This document shows positions 1-10,849 of a stretch of 58,937 nt of DNA, one piece after another. Within the stretch, counting starts at the first letter, position 1. Every line of letters starts with the position of its first letter. Location: NCBI GenBank assembly GCA_008369845.1, contig MRSU01000696.1:1-58937 (forward strand). Reading direction: 5' to 3'. A program made the translations under genes and the position numbers. The notes beneath the pieces are model-generated. The model had not been told where the DNA came from and did not search any database. It saw nothing but the letters and a program-made list of their open reading frames with translations. This DNA comes from Trichomonas gallinae. Taxonomy: Eukaryota.

Positions 1-2
1 GG

Positions 3-482
3 CTTCTTTGGTGGGTTTGTTGTCTTGTGGTAGACACGGCCAGAGCCTGGGTGGAAGAGACGGCCGCAAACACGCTCGCGAAGCTCGTCGATGTTGACGG
101 AAAGATAGAGAACGTGTGTAAGTGGCATTCCCATCTTGTTGAGGAGGGCATCGAGCTTCTCGACCTGGCCGATTGTACGTGGAATACCATCGAAGATGTA
201 ACCCTTGTTGTTTGTGTTCTTGTTCATGCAAGACTGAAGGATTTCCATGACTGTGTCATCATCAACGAGGCCACCGGACTCGATGATGCCCTTGACGCGC
301 TTGCCGAGCGGTGTTTGGCCGCGGATTTCAGCACGGAGAGCATCGCCTGTTGAAATCTGGTAAAGGTTGAACTCCTTCTCAAGGAGCTTGGCCTGTGTGC
401 CCTTGCCGACACCCGGTGGGCCGAAGAAGACGACCATGCGGTCCTTCTTGTTGCTGGCAAAGCGGGAAAAAGCGCTGAGCAT
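3..482 (-). CDS. AK: Hydrogenosomal adenylate kinase (3' end runs off window start)
   Basis: My translation from ATG at 482: MLSAFSRFASNKKDRMVVFFGPPGVGKGTQAKLLEKEFNLYQISTGDALRAEI...YIFDGIPRT...RVCGRLFHPGSGRVYH. Contains P-loop GPPGVGKGT, DGxPRT and the LID motif. N-terminal MLS...RF/A is a hydrogenosomal presequence. Absent from the ORF track because it has no stop in the window. Confidence 0.96.
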   Translation of the reverse strand, partial: MLSAFSRFASNKKDRMVVFFGPPGVGKGTQAKLLEKEFNLYQISTGDALRAEIRGQTPLGKRVKGIIESGGLVDDDTVMEILQSCMNKNTNNKGYIFDGIPRTIGQVEKLDALLNKMGMPLTHVLYLSVNIDELRERVCGRLFHPGSGRVYHKTTNPPKK

Positions 483-1170
483 TTTTTTGACGATAAAAAG
501 TAATTCAATCAGAAAATCATGTAATTTATGATATACATCATATTTAATGCATAATTACACAAAAATATTATTTTAGAAATATCTGACATGTAAACAAAAT
601 AATGACACGTAAATCATTGTTTCACATATTTATATAATTCACATTCATGCACATATACGCATATAAATCTCTAGGAGAGAAACATAGCCATACAGGTATA
701 TCTTTATTATTATAACTAATTATAAAGCTATAGCGTCTACAAGATGTTTATAAAAATTTTCCTTTAATACACCCCTCTATTTTATATTTCGTGAAGTATA
801 ACTAATCAGCAATCATATTAATCATTTATATGCATATTGAATCAATTAAATTGATGAATGTTTAAAAAAATAGGGCTAAACAGATTTAATATTCATAAAG
901 TTTAGGTTACCAATCAATTAGAGAATATGTTTGCAATTTATTAACATATATGAGTATATTCAATACATAAATGATTGTTTCTTTCATAATATTATATCAA
1001 TATCTCCAATATTGTATTTTCATGTTTAATATATATCAAAAGCATGTATAGTAACAACAATATCATATATGTGTTTTTGAATGATTATATGCGATTTAAA
1101 AACTCTGATTTAAGTCAATTATTCAGTCAAGCTTTAAATTTAATATAATCTAGGTTTCCTAGTGAAGATT

Positions 1171-1247
1171 TCCTCTCAAATTTACATATAAGAACATATA
1201 TGCTCTGAATAAATGATTTTGGATTATAATTTTAATATTCACTTGGA
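1171..1247 (+). repeat. Dispersed ~75-bp direct repeat, copy 1 (copy 2 at ~2231-2309)
   Basis: TCTCAAATTTACATATAAGAACATATATGCTCTGAATAA...TTTAATATTCACTTG matches TCTCAATTTCACATATAAGAACTTATATGCTCTGAATAA...TTTAATATTCATTTG. Confidence 0.8.
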
Positions 1248-1529
1248 TGTGCCAGAGAAACGAAAAAAAAAGACACTCCTTCTCATCAAAACCGACATCC
1301 TTATTTTATATGCAATGAAAACAGTTTCAAATTATAATATTTTTCTTTTGATGGATTTTTCTATTGATATATAGCTTTGACTTCTGCTCAAAAACAAGAT
1401 TTATAAGATAGATTATGAATTTCGAACGCATTAAAAAAATCATAAATTTCAAAAATATGAATCAGTGCGATATTATATGCGTATTATTTAGAGTATCATT
1501 TGAGTCTTAAATAAAATATATTTTAGAGT

Positions 1530-1790
1530 TTAAGCATTAACTCTTGGGCGAATCTCGACCTGATCGGCGAGGTTGATACGGCCACCTGTTGGCGTAGCGA
1601 GTGGTGTCTGGCAGTTCTTGCAGTAAACTGGAACGTTAGAGTGAGAAAATGCTGTTGTAAGAGCTGTGCACGATGGGCAACGAAGAGAAAGGAATTCTGA
1701 ACGTGGGTTTGGAACGAGTGTCATCTTCTTGTTTCTGTGGGCTTCCTGCTCAACAGATGGGTGAAGAATATCGACATCAAGGGTGGTCAT
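1530..1790 (-). CDS. RPS27: 40S ribosomal protein S27 (eS27)
   Basis: DILHPS..E...NKKMTLVPNPRSEFLSLRCPSC...FSHS...CKNC..LATPTGGR, the eS27 zinc ribbon signature. CCTTT (M5) lies just upstream. Confidence 0.96.
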   Translation of the reverse strand: MTTLDVDILHPSVEQEAHRNKKMTLVPNPRSEFLSLRCPSCTALTTAFSHSNVPVYCKNCQTPLATPTGGRINLADQVEIRPRVNA

Positions 1791-1795
1791 TTTTC

Positions 1796-1800
1796 AAAGG
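1796..1800 (-). promoter_or_regulatory. M5 core promoter motif CCTTT upstream of RPS27
   Basis: Minus strand reads CCTTTGAAAA-ATG. M5 is the known Inr alternative at trichomonad ribosomal protein genes, and the same motif precedes RPL32. Confidence 0.7.
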
Positions 1801-2230
1801 GCGGACCACACTTTACATATCGTCCAAAATCATCTCAAACAAAAAAAATATTTAAAATATAGGGATATATCGGTCAAATACACCCAAATATCCACAAAAA
1901 TCAAAATTTTCTAAATACTAAATTTAATTTGATATCTCTCGAGAAACCTAAAATAGATTTCATCGAAATTCCAATATAGCAATCTTGTATATACATAGTA
2001 TCGATGTTCGTAGTTTGGTAACAAACAAAGCCAAAGATAAGATTTTTATCACAATGATTATTTAATATTAAATTTTTGACAATTGTCAAAATTTCAATAA
2101 TTTTAATTTCATTTTTTTCAAGAATGCTCTGATAAAATTTCATCAAAACATTATCATTAGATTTAAATGAATACATACCATCTATGTATATTGTTCTACA
2201 GGAAAGGAACCAAATCTTCAAATGAAGTAT

Positions 2231-2309
2231 TTTCTCAATTTCACATATAAGAACTTATATGCTCTGAATAATTAACTTTGGAAAAGTTTTAAGTTTAATA
2301 TTCATTTGA
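2231..2309 (+). repeat. Dispersed ~75-bp direct repeat, copy 2
   Basis: See copy 1 at 1171-1247. Confidence 0.8.
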
Positions 2310-2798
2310 ATTTGAGATTCACAATGTTTTAATGCGCGATATATCTAGTATTCGCATTGTTAATATCAATACTAGTTGTGATTTTGATCAATGTTAAACT
2401 TGAAGCTGAGACTGAAACATTTGACAATAATGATATTTTTGCCAAGTAAAGTTTCACAAATTCTTATTGATGAGATAAATTGACGGAAAGTTCAGTTTTA
2501 GTCAAGATCTCCACGAGTAATAAGCACATCATGGTCAATACATATCGATATTGCTTGCGATTTCGCTTAATACTGTAAATGATTATTATTAAATGATATT
2601 TGTCATATATACGATTATTTTCAATTCAAATAATAAAATTTGCCAATGTAAATTCAAATATATCAAAAATTCCTTTACATCATGTATCATTATCATCATA
2701 TCCATAACAATATTTTTCACTTAGATTTTAAAATCACACAAAATTTTGTGAGATGAGAGGCTATTTAGAACTGAATTTTGATCCCGATATCATTTCAC

Positions 2799-3674
2799 AT
2801 GATTGAGTTCGGCAACGACCTCCTCAAGCTCGAGATTAGCAAGGCAGGTGCTGAGTTGTGCAGTGTTGTCAACAAGAAGACAGGCCAAGAATATATGTGG
2901 ACAGCTGATAAACAATTTTGGGCAAGACACGCTCCAATTCTTTTCCCAATTGTCGGCAGTGTCTGGAATGGCGAGTACCACTCTGATTCAAAGACATACA
3001 AATTAGGACAACACGGCTTTGCTAGAGATTCTGAATTCGAATATTTGGGCACAGAAGGCAACAAAGCCACCTTCAAGCTCGCCAGCAACGAGAAGACAAA
3101 GGGACTCTTCCCATATGACTTCATCCTTAAAGTTGTTTACGAACTTAATGGCAACGTTATCAGAATCCACTGGATTGTCGAAAATCCAACAAATGGCACA
3201 ATCTACTTCCAGGTTGGTGCTCACCCTGGCTTCAACTATGTTGATTTCCACCCAGAAGACAAGATCAAGGGCTACTTCAAGATGAACACAAATGAGCTCA
3301 GGTACAAGCTCATAGGATCAAAAGGATGCCTCAACGTTGAAAAGGAATACGTTCTTAAGGCTGAAGATGGATTCTATCCAATCACAGCTGATATGTTCGA
3401 CCATGACGCTTTAGTTGTCGAAGAGGGACAGATTACATCAATTTCCCTCTGTGACAAGCAAAAGAAACCATACATTACAATGAATTTCGATGCACCAGTC
3501 ACAGGACTTTGGTCTCCAACAAAGAAGAATGCTCCATTTGTCTGCATTGAGCCTTGGTATGGCCGCTGCGATAGAGAGAATTTCACAGACGATTTCTCTA
3601 AGAAAGATCACGTCAACAAACTCGAAGCCGGAAAGACGTTCCACACATCATACACAATCGAGATTGATGCCTGA
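2799..3674 (+). CDS. Aldose 1-epimerase family protein (LacX-like, bacterial type)
   Basis: Motifs GAEL.S, EYMW, WARHAPILFPIVG, QHGFARD, GAHPGF, FVCIEPWYG. First ATG at 2799 is preceded by Inr TCATTT at 2790. Confidence 0.92.
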   Translation: MIEFGNDLLKLEISKAGAELCSVVNKKTGQEYMWTADKQFWARHAPILFPIVGSVWNGEYHSDSKTYKLGQHGFARDSEFEYLGTEGNKATFKLASNEKTKGLFPYDFILKVVYELNGNVIRIHWIVENPTNGTIYFQVGAHPGFNYVDFHPEDKIKGYFKMNTNELRYKLIGSKGCLNVEKEYVLKAEDGFYPITADMFDHDALVVEEGQITSISLCDKQKKPYITMNFDAPVTGLWSPTKKNAPFVCIEPWYGRCDRENFTDDFSKKDHVNKLEAGKTFHTSYTIEIDA

Positions 3675-4091
3675 ACTGCTTATTTATAAACAAGTTTCTA
3701 TTTGCAATTTTTTAAAAAATTTTATTGATTGTTAAAATGCTTAAATTGCAAAAGGCAGAGCTCCTTTTAAGCCATTCAAGATGAAAACAGGAAATACTTT
3801 CTTTATGGGTATTATAGATTATAATATCGTTTTTGTTGTTTAAATTTCATATATAGAAGTTTTTTACCTATGAACTTCATATTTTTACGTTATATGCATG
3901 GTTTTTATCATATTTAAAATTTGAATTATTATTTTCATGAAATTTACGAAATTCCAAGAATTCTTAAAGTATAGAAGCTATAGAATAATAATAGCATTGT
4001 TTTAAAGTCTTGTTTATAAATTTTACATTGTCAAAATCAAGTTTACGTGTCAAATAATTTATTCGTTATATTAATTCCAACGGAGAAAAAA

Positions 4092-5477
4092 ATGGATGAG
4101 GCAAAACTGCAACGCATGGATGCTCTGCAGAAGAAGTTCAAGGAGTTCAAGTCGTTTGAGAAGCTTACGCAGGAAGCTGTCGACAACAAATGGCGCGATA
4201 TTATGATGAACGAAAAACTTCAAGAGCAGAAATCTCAGATTGATAATATCAAAGTCAACTATGTTAAACAGCTCGATCGCTATGATTCTATTATTCATCG
4301 TTTATTGCAATGGATTAACGACGGCGAAACTCAATATCAGTTTGCTCTTCGTGCTCATAAACAAAATCTTGACCGCCTTACTACACTTGCTAACCAGCGT
4401 TTGGATACTGAAGAAGATCGTTTCAATAAGAGTCTTGATTCTATTGTTACCAAATACGAGTCTAACAAAGCTAAATCTCTTGAGGAATTCAACTCACACG
4501 TCTCGGAGGTGCGAGATATCAAGAACGCAATTGAACACGAATACGCGCAAAAGAAAGAAGATCTTGAAACAAAATTCCGTACAGAGAAAGACCAGCTTAC
4601 AATGAAGAGCCAAGAAGCTATATCTGCTCTTCGTACTCACCTCCTTGATGAGACCAAAAAGGTCCTAGATCGTCAGCAAACCGAATCTAATCTTTTCAAA
4701 CAGAAATCTAACGACAAACTTCAGACATTCCAGCAGATGTACGAGAAGCACCGTAACAACCAGATCACAATGAAGAAGAACGAAGCCACCATTATCAAAC
4801 TCCAGAGCCAGATAGCACACTGGCGCCGCAAAATCAAGAACAATGAGCGCGAGTCACGCGAGTCAAATGATCGCCTTCGTCAAGAAAAAGATAACCTCAG
4901 CCACCACTTCAGAGAGCTCAAGAATGTCATGGAGAAGTTCAATGTTGTCGAAGAAGGAAAGAAGGCTGAAATCTCTACAGCTTTCGATGACGCGACAAAA
5001 TTCCTTAAGGAGAAACTCTCACTCGCAGAGAAAATCCTCAAATACGCAGAAATCACACGCAAGCTCGAGACAGAGAGAGAGCAAGTCATGCCTTTCCCGC
5101 ACTCAATCGTTGAGACAGACCCAGAGATCCAGCGTCAGATGGCTCAGTTCAAGCTTCAGATGAAAGGTGACTCCAAGTACGTCGCCGAGTCCGACATGTT
5201 CGACAAGTTCTACCGTCGCTTCAACAAAGTCTTACTTGAGAAGATGGCACTTCAGCGTGAGCGCGAGAAACTGCTTAAGACTAACCGCCGCCTCAAGAAG
5301 ATGATGCGCAACTACATGGAAGGCATGGCCGTCAACGAGACAACTATGAGCAAGGCTAACACACTGTTCATTGTCAACCAGAAGACTAACGCGCCAATGC
5401 GTAAATTCGACCAAGACGCCATTCCTATCATCGACGCTGCTCTCACTGTTGGTGCCGACAAGATGCAGGGATACTAA
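4092..5477 (+). CDS. DRC2: Dynein regulatory complex subunit 2 / CCDC65-like coiled-coil flagellar protein
   Basis: Long coiled coil with KWRDIM, LAEKILKYAEITRKLETEREQVMPF, FDKFYRRFNKVLLEK..L..E...L...N..LK.....Y..G and NTLFIVN, all typical of CCDC65. First ATG at 4092. Confidence 0.85.
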   Translation: MDEAKLQRMDALQKKFKEFKSFEKLTQEAVDNKWRDIMMNEKLQEQKSQIDNIKVNYVKQLDRYDSIIHRLLQWINDGETQYQFALRAHKQNLDRLTTLANQRLDTEEDRFNKSLDSIVTKYESNKAKSLEEFNSHVSEVRDIKNAIEHEYAQKKEDLETKFRTEKDQLTMKSQEAISALRTHLLDETKKVLDRQQTESNLFKQKSNDKLQTFQQMYEKHRNNQITMKKNEATIIKLQSQIAHWRRKIKNNERESRESNDRLRQEKDNLSHHFRELKNVMEKFNVVEEGKKAEISTAFDDATKFLKEKLSLAEKILKYAEITRKLETEREQVMPFPHSIVETDPEIQRQMAQFKLQMKGDSKYVAESDMFDKFYRRFNKVLLEKMALQREREKLLKTNRRLKKMMRNYMEGMAVNETTMSKANTLFIVNQKTNAPMRKFDQDAIPIIDAALTVGADKMQGY

Positions 5478-5710
5478 GATCCTTGTCCTTTTTCTCAATC
5501 TGTACAAACAATTTAAATTATTAATATTAATGTCTTTTCTTAAACCGAATTTCTAATGTCTAAATTTATTATTTTATTTCTTTGTATCATAACAATTTGC
5601 ATTATTTGTATACTTTCCCGGGCATCTGCGTCTTCTTTTTTCCGTTTAAATTGTGGTAATAATAAAAAGATAACAATATAGATGATTATGAAAGATTATT
5701 TTTTGATTAT

Positions 5711-5988
5711 TTCATTCTACGTTATCCTATTGAACTAATGATTAAATATCATAACTATAGATACTATAAGATTTGTATATTTTTACATCATAGTTTGAGT
5801 TAAATCTATAGGTAATCATTGAAGTTTTTTCGAATATGAAAACTATTTTAAAAAAAGCTTTGCTTTTTTCATTCTATGTTATCCTATTGAGCTAATTACT
5901 AGATATCATATATATAGATTCTCTAAGATGTGGATATTTTCTTACTATACTTTGAGTGGAATTAATAGGCAAGCATTGAAGTTATTTT
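5711..5988 (+). repeat. Diverged tandem duplication of a ~120-bp unit (5711-5830 and 5868-5988)
   Basis: TTCATTCTACGTTATCCTATTGAACTAAT...TTTGAGT...CATTGAAGTT versus TTCATTCTATGTTATCCTATTGAGCTAAT...TTTGAGT...CATTGAAGTT. Confidence 0.85.
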
Positions 5989-6039
5989 AAAAAATCAAAT
6001 TTACAAAAAAATGTTAATTTTTAAGAGTTTTTTAAATTA

Positions 6040-9000
6040 ATGGATTCTCTGTTATCTATAATATGCAATGATGATATTTATCAAAAAAATTTATTTTTTT
6101 ATACAATGAAATCCATCCTAAAATATGGGACAGCTCCTGGGAAAAATGTCTTAGAATTCCCACGAGTGTTCTTCTTTTTTGACTACATAATCAAGAGGAG
6201 TCCTTCCATTCAGCCTCTTCGCGAATTAAGATGGATATTTTATCACATTCAAGTAATTTGTTTACCTTTAATGCCTTTCTTTACGCATATACTTTTCAAT
6301 AACAAAAAGGAGGGTATATTTGCAAAGATTTACTGCCTCGTGATGACTTACAATACTTATGATTCGATAAATGAAAAGCATTACATCAGCGTTTTACCAT
6401 TAGTTGTATTTTCGATGGTACTTTTCCTTTTTATGCTTTTAACGTTCCAATTTTTCAAAAATAAAGGAAGTTTGCCTTTATGGGTTTCTGTAGCTCAAGA
6501 AATCCTATTTGACATTCATCCATTCAACATATTCTTCCCGTTAATGCACGCTATCGGTTTTGATGCCTTCATTATACTAAGCGACAGATCAATACAATCA
6601 ATGGCAATTGCAAGTTTAACGATTTGCTCGCTCGTACTTATTGCACTCATGATGTTCTATTATTGGTGCCTTCCGTTAATATTCGCACCGCAATTCCAAT
6701 TTAAACAAAATATTTCTACGACAATCATGGAAGGAGTGAATATATTTTGGACTACACTGCTTTTTCTGTTGGTTATCACTATCACAATTGCATCAAAAAG
6801 CGCGGCAGCCGTTTTGGAAACACAAATGGTTCTTTTCGTGTTTTCTATCTATCGATTTGTACAAATCTGGGTTAAACCTTCGAACAATGTCATAAGGTTC
6901 TGGTCTTTAATGACTGCTTACTTAGTTTCAACTATTTCCAGCGTTTTAGTTACGGTTTACATTCATATCGCTTTTGTTCGCGAATATTACTTCTTGCTCA
7001 TTCTCTTAGGAATATGGGCGATATGTGCAATCACCTCTATCCTGTTGATTCGCAGAAAACACAGACAAATCGATTTAATGATTGAAACATCGAATTTTTC
7101 TAAATCACACTCTAGAGATGTTCTATACATCTGCCAGCGTGCACTGCACACATCAAAAGTAACAACAAATATCCTTAATATGATTTATGATTATTATGCG
7201 AAAAATTCAAATCTTGACAATTTGATAACTTTAATCGCAACAACGCTCGCATATGATGTGCATAAGCAAGATCTTGATGTTATGATAACAATGCTCGCGA
7301 ATTCTCCAAATCTTCCGAGAATGAAACTGTTCCTCGTTTACGAATTATATAAGAAATACACTAACTCAACAAAACTTGTTTGTTTGCTTTCAGGTGTTGA
7401 AAAAATTGATCAAAAGGTCCAGGAATACAAGAATCTTTCAGATAAATTTTGGAAAGCAACAATGTTAGGTCAAACAGCTGTTGCTATCAAGCATGTTGGC
7501 TTCCTTAAAGCCCTACAGGATGATTTAAGCTATGATTATCGAATTTACGAATCATTCTTCCCATCTCATTCGAAAATTCACACTTTATACAACGAATTCT
7601 TCAAAAAATTCCTAATGAAACCAGATACAAGACTTTCTGACTTGTCAAAATACTCAATTTCAGAAGATTTTCTCGTTTCAGATATTACAGATGGTTCTTC
7701 ATCAGTTCACAGTTCATCTGATAGCAGCAGCGATGAGGAACTTCGAAACAGCCAGCAACAATGGATCAACGAGAATATCAAAAAATTAATTCAAAAATCT
7801 TTGAATATTCCGCTCACGATTCTATCTATAGTCATCTGGGTGGCGACAGTTGTTATTTATTACTACTTGATCACTCAGCCAGTGAGAAGCAAGAAAATAA
7901 CGTCAACTTACCAATATATACCAGAAACATTATTCAGCATCCAAAAAATCACAGTTAACTGGCTCAAGATAACATATCTACTCGACGCGTTCAAGACAGA
8001 CATGGAGCCACTGAACTTTACTTACCAGCAAGTCAAGGATCTTTTATTCCTTCCAAACACAACATATTGTTCGACAGCATTGTCTATCTACGAGAATTTA
8101 TCGTCGATAATTGATGAACTTCAGAGAGACTTGGGTATTACTGAGCACAGGATTGTTTCTCTAGAAAACGACGAGCCCGGCCTTTTCCATCTTAAAGAGA
8201 ACTGGTTCGGTCCTAAGGTAGAACTCCTAAACTTCGCATTGTCTTTAGATGAACTTTACTCGACAACATCAGCGCAATTAATGTCGCACGAAAATGATAA
8301 ATCGAAACATGATTTCATAGAATATGTTTCTCAAAACTGGGATTATTTGTTTAACATCAACGAGAAAACAGAGGCAAGCATGAGTTATACATTGTCGAAT
8401 CTTTCTTCTTTCATCAAAGGAAAGGAAAATCACACTTCTGTGATCAGCAGACAGAAGATCTACATTTCCATTGGAATTATTTTGTTCTGCGTTTTACTGA
8501 CTGTTATTCTTGCTTGGGCGATTGTTCAAAACTTCGGCAGAATAATAATAAAGCACTTCAGGCCAACGAATCATCCAAATTCGGCGATCGAAGTCCAACT
8601 CTCAGACAAAATAGACTCGAATGTTTGCTCGCCGATGTTCATTGGCATCGTTTTAACTTATTTATTAGTCATGGGAATATTTATAGGAATCTACTTCATT
8701 ATGTCGAAAGAAATTCAAGACTTTGCACAAGAAATCTACAAATACTCTGAAGCAGTCATCAACATACAAAATATAACATTAAAACTCGGTTTATTGCAGT
8801 CACATTTCATCGAAGATCTTCAGGAAAACAAATTTAACTTGAGCAGCTTCCAAGACTACATTTACAACTCAGCGACAATATTACTGCAATCCTTACAATC
8901 AATATATTTCTCAAAGTACAGAGGCGAATTGTTATATCATTACCTAGACGACTACAAATGCACTATAACTATTGATTCAACGCCGTCAAACTTGTTTAGA

Positions 9001-10461
9001 TGCTGGTCATCAACTATTACTTACAATTTCTATGTTTACTACTCGAATAGAATCAACATGGAGAAGTATGTTGATCCAAAAGATTTCGCGCACATGCAGT
9101 TCTTGTATCTAGATGTAATACTTAACGATTTGATGGGACTGAGTCAGAAATTACTTAATTTGTCGCACAGCACATCTCTGGAGTATGAATACGTCGAACA
9201 TGTAAGTATTGGAGTTCTATGTTTCTTGACAATTTTCATTTTCTTTGTTTTCTACCAAATCCTGTTTTCCAATTATGTAATTGAAACACAGCTCGGCAGA
9301 CAAATCGCGGCGCTTAGCCCGATGTTTATAGTTCAGCATCAATGCCTTGTTTCTTACGTCGCTGATTTGTCAGAGGAAGAAAAAACAGAGAAAGAGATTC
9401 TGCCTTTCTTCGAAATCTACGACTCAAGTGGTATCGCTGTTGTCGCACTCAACGAAAAACTGTCTATTATTGCTTTCACGAAAGAGGTTTTGAAGATCTT
9501 CGGCTACAAGCCACAGCAGTTGTATGGACAAAACATTGAAACACTTGTCCCACTCAATGACAAAGTCTGGAAGAACAACGACAAGAAATTCTACAGGCAG
9601 ATCGAATTGGCTCAAAACCACGAAGCAGCAGCAAGATTCTCCAGGACAGTCACAGGATGCTGCAGCGATAGAACACCTGTTGATCTCAAGACTTCAGTCT
9701 CTTACGTCGAAACAACAAGCGGCAAGTTCTTCGTCATCGAGTTCAGAAGCATCGCGAGAGAAACATTCTACGAAGAGCAGTACATCAACTCTTCGAAATT
9801 AATCAATCAATACAGATCATCGGCCATGCCAATCATGCTGTTCACAGATGACCCGGCTTTAAACCGCAGAATGACAATCAAAGAAACACTCAAGGTCAGG
9901 TACAAACATTACGCAGCAGTTTATGTCGGCTTGATCATCGACGAGAATTTCGAGATGCCAGACTTGAACGAGTCATCATTCAGTCCAATGAAGGACATTC
10001 TTTCGCTCTCAACACCTCTATATTCAGGTGTATCTGGCGCTTTGGTTATTGATGCAACATGCGAAACCGCTTTGATCATTTTCGTCAACGATGAAGACAG
10101 CGATGCACATCTACACAACGCTATTGGATTTTCTCTGGATTTCTCCGAAAAGAATATTTACCCAACACACGGCGTTATCATTGAAGGAGAGGACCTTGAT
10201 GTTTCTTTGCATCCTCTTCCTGATATACCTGAGAGTGAGAACAGCAACAGCAGGCAGATTAGGCCGCAGATGTCCATAGAACCTTCAAGTGACGTCATGC
10301 AGAAATTGTCGAATGTTATTCAGCTTGCCATTGAAAACTGCCTCATTTTGCCGACATCAGCAGCTGATCTCATTGCTGAAGTTCCATCTCTTCCATTCTC
10401 CAATGATTTAGGCTTAGATCTCTCTTTCATCGAGATCAAAGTCAGCTCATACATTACTTAA
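6040..10461 (+). CDS. Large polytopic membrane protein with PAS domain and degenerate class III cyclase-like C-terminus
   Basis: 1473-aa ORF with many hydrophobic segments. PAS motif VLKIFGYKPQQLYGQNIETLVP follows the last TM. The architecture matches trichomonad membrane adenylyl cyclase-like proteins. The true start may be ATG 6106. Confidence 0.75.
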   Translation: MDSLLSIICNDDIYQKNLFFYTMKSILKYGTAPGKNVLEFPRVFFFFDYIIKRSPSIQPLRELRWIFYHIQVICLPLMPFFTHILFNNKKEGIFAKIYCLVMTYNTYDSINEKHYISVLPLVVFSMVLFLFMLLTFQFFKNKGSLPLWVSVAQEILFDIHPFNIFFPLMHAIGFDAFIILSDRSIQSMAIASLTICSLVLIALMMFYYWCLPLIFAPQFQFKQNISTTIMEGVNIFWTTLLFLLVITITIASKSAAAVLETQMVLFVFSIYRFVQIWVKPSNNVIRFWSLMTAYLVSTISSVLVTVYIHIAFVREYYFLLILLGIWAICAITSILLIRRKHRQIDLMIETSNFSKSHSRDVLYICQRALHTSKVTTNILNMIYDYYAKNSNLDNLITLIATTLAYDVHKQDLDVMITMLANSPNLPRMKLFLVYELYKKYTNSTKLVCLLSGVEKIDQKVQEYKNLSDKFWKATMLGQTAVAIKHVGFLKALQDDLSYDYRIYESFFPSHSKIHTLYNEFFKKFLMKPDTRLSDLSKYSISEDFLVSDITDGSSSVHSSSDSSSDEELRNSQQQWINENIKKLIQKSLNIPLTILSIVIWVATVVIYYYLITQPVRSKKITSTYQYIPETLFSIQKITVNWLKITYLLDAFKTDMEPLNFTYQQVKDLLFLPNTTYCSTALSIYENLSSIIDELQRDLGITEHRIVSLENDEPGLFHLKENWFGPKVELLNFALSLDELYSTTSAQLMSHENDKSKHDFIEYVSQNWDYLFNINEKTEASMSYTLSNLSSFIKGKENHTSVISRQKIYISIGIILFCVLLTVILAWAIVQNFGRIIIKHFRPTNHPNSAIEVQLSDKIDSNVCSPMFIGIVLTYLLVMGIFIGIYFIMSKEIQDFAQEIYKYSEAVINIQNITLKLGLLQSHFIEDLQENKFNLSSFQDYIYNSATILLQSLQSIYFSKYRGELLYHYLDDYKCTITIDSTPSNLFRCWSSTITYNFYVYYSNRINMEKYVDPKDFAHMQFLYLDVILNDLMGLSQKLLNLSHSTSLEYEYVEHVSIGVLCFLTIFIFFVFYQILFSNYVIETQLGRQIAALSPMFIVQHQCLVSYVADLSEEEKTEKEILPFFEIYDSSGIAVVALNEKLSIIAFTKEVLKIFGYKPQQLYGQNIETLVPLNDKVWKNNDKKFYRQIELAQNHEAAARFSRTVTGCCSDRTPVDLKTSVSYVETTSGKFFVIEFRSIARETFYEEQYINSSKLINQYRSSAMPIMLFTDDPALNRRMTIKETLKVRYKHYAAVYVGLIIDENFEMPDLNESSFSPMKDILSLSTPLYSGVSGALVIDATCETALIIFVNDEDSDAHLHNAIGFSLDFSEKNIYPTHGVIIEGEDLDVSLHPLPDIPESENSNSRQIRPQMSIEPSSDVMQKLSNVIQLAIENCLILPTSAADLIAEVPSLPFSNDLGLDLSFIEIKVSSYIT

Positions 10462-10752
10462 TTATTATTTTATATATTTTATTTGTTGTTTATAAATATT
10501 TGATCGTTTATTTTAACCCAACAATTCTTTCCTCCTTAGCAACAAAAAATTCAAATCTCAACATGCATAAAAATACATTTCTTTATTTGATAATGATGCT
10601 AGCTCTGAGGAAATTTTTATTTTCTAAGTGTCATGATCAAGTAAACAATATTTTAAATTCAAAACTTTGCTAATTGCATTGATTTTGATGAAAATTTTGG
10701 GAAATGATGTAATTAGTTGGTTACAGGTTATATTTGGGATAAAATTGAAATT

Positions 10753-10807
10753 TGTCATGTAAAGTAGATTTAATATTTGTCACGTAAGATATATTTTGTC
10801 ATGTAAA
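10753..10807 (+). promoter_or_regulatory. Three tandem TTTGTCA(C/T)GTAA motifs upstream of RPL32
   Basis: TGTCATGTAAA 10753, TGTCACGTAAG 10778, TGTCATGTAAA 10797, followed by M3-like TGCGGTT (10826) and M5 CCTTT (10842). Confidence 0.6.
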
Positions 10808-10849
10808 GTAAAAATAATCGTTGATTGCGGTTGTGGTCAAGCCTTTCGA

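Noticed and set aside
27..508. Track ORFs 27..353(+) and 224..508(-)
   Set aside because: Antisense and off-frame shadows of the adenylate kinase CDS.
1901..2221. 106-aa minus-strand ORF
   Set aside because: TTG start, extremely AT-rich, no recognisable domain. At most a decayed relic.
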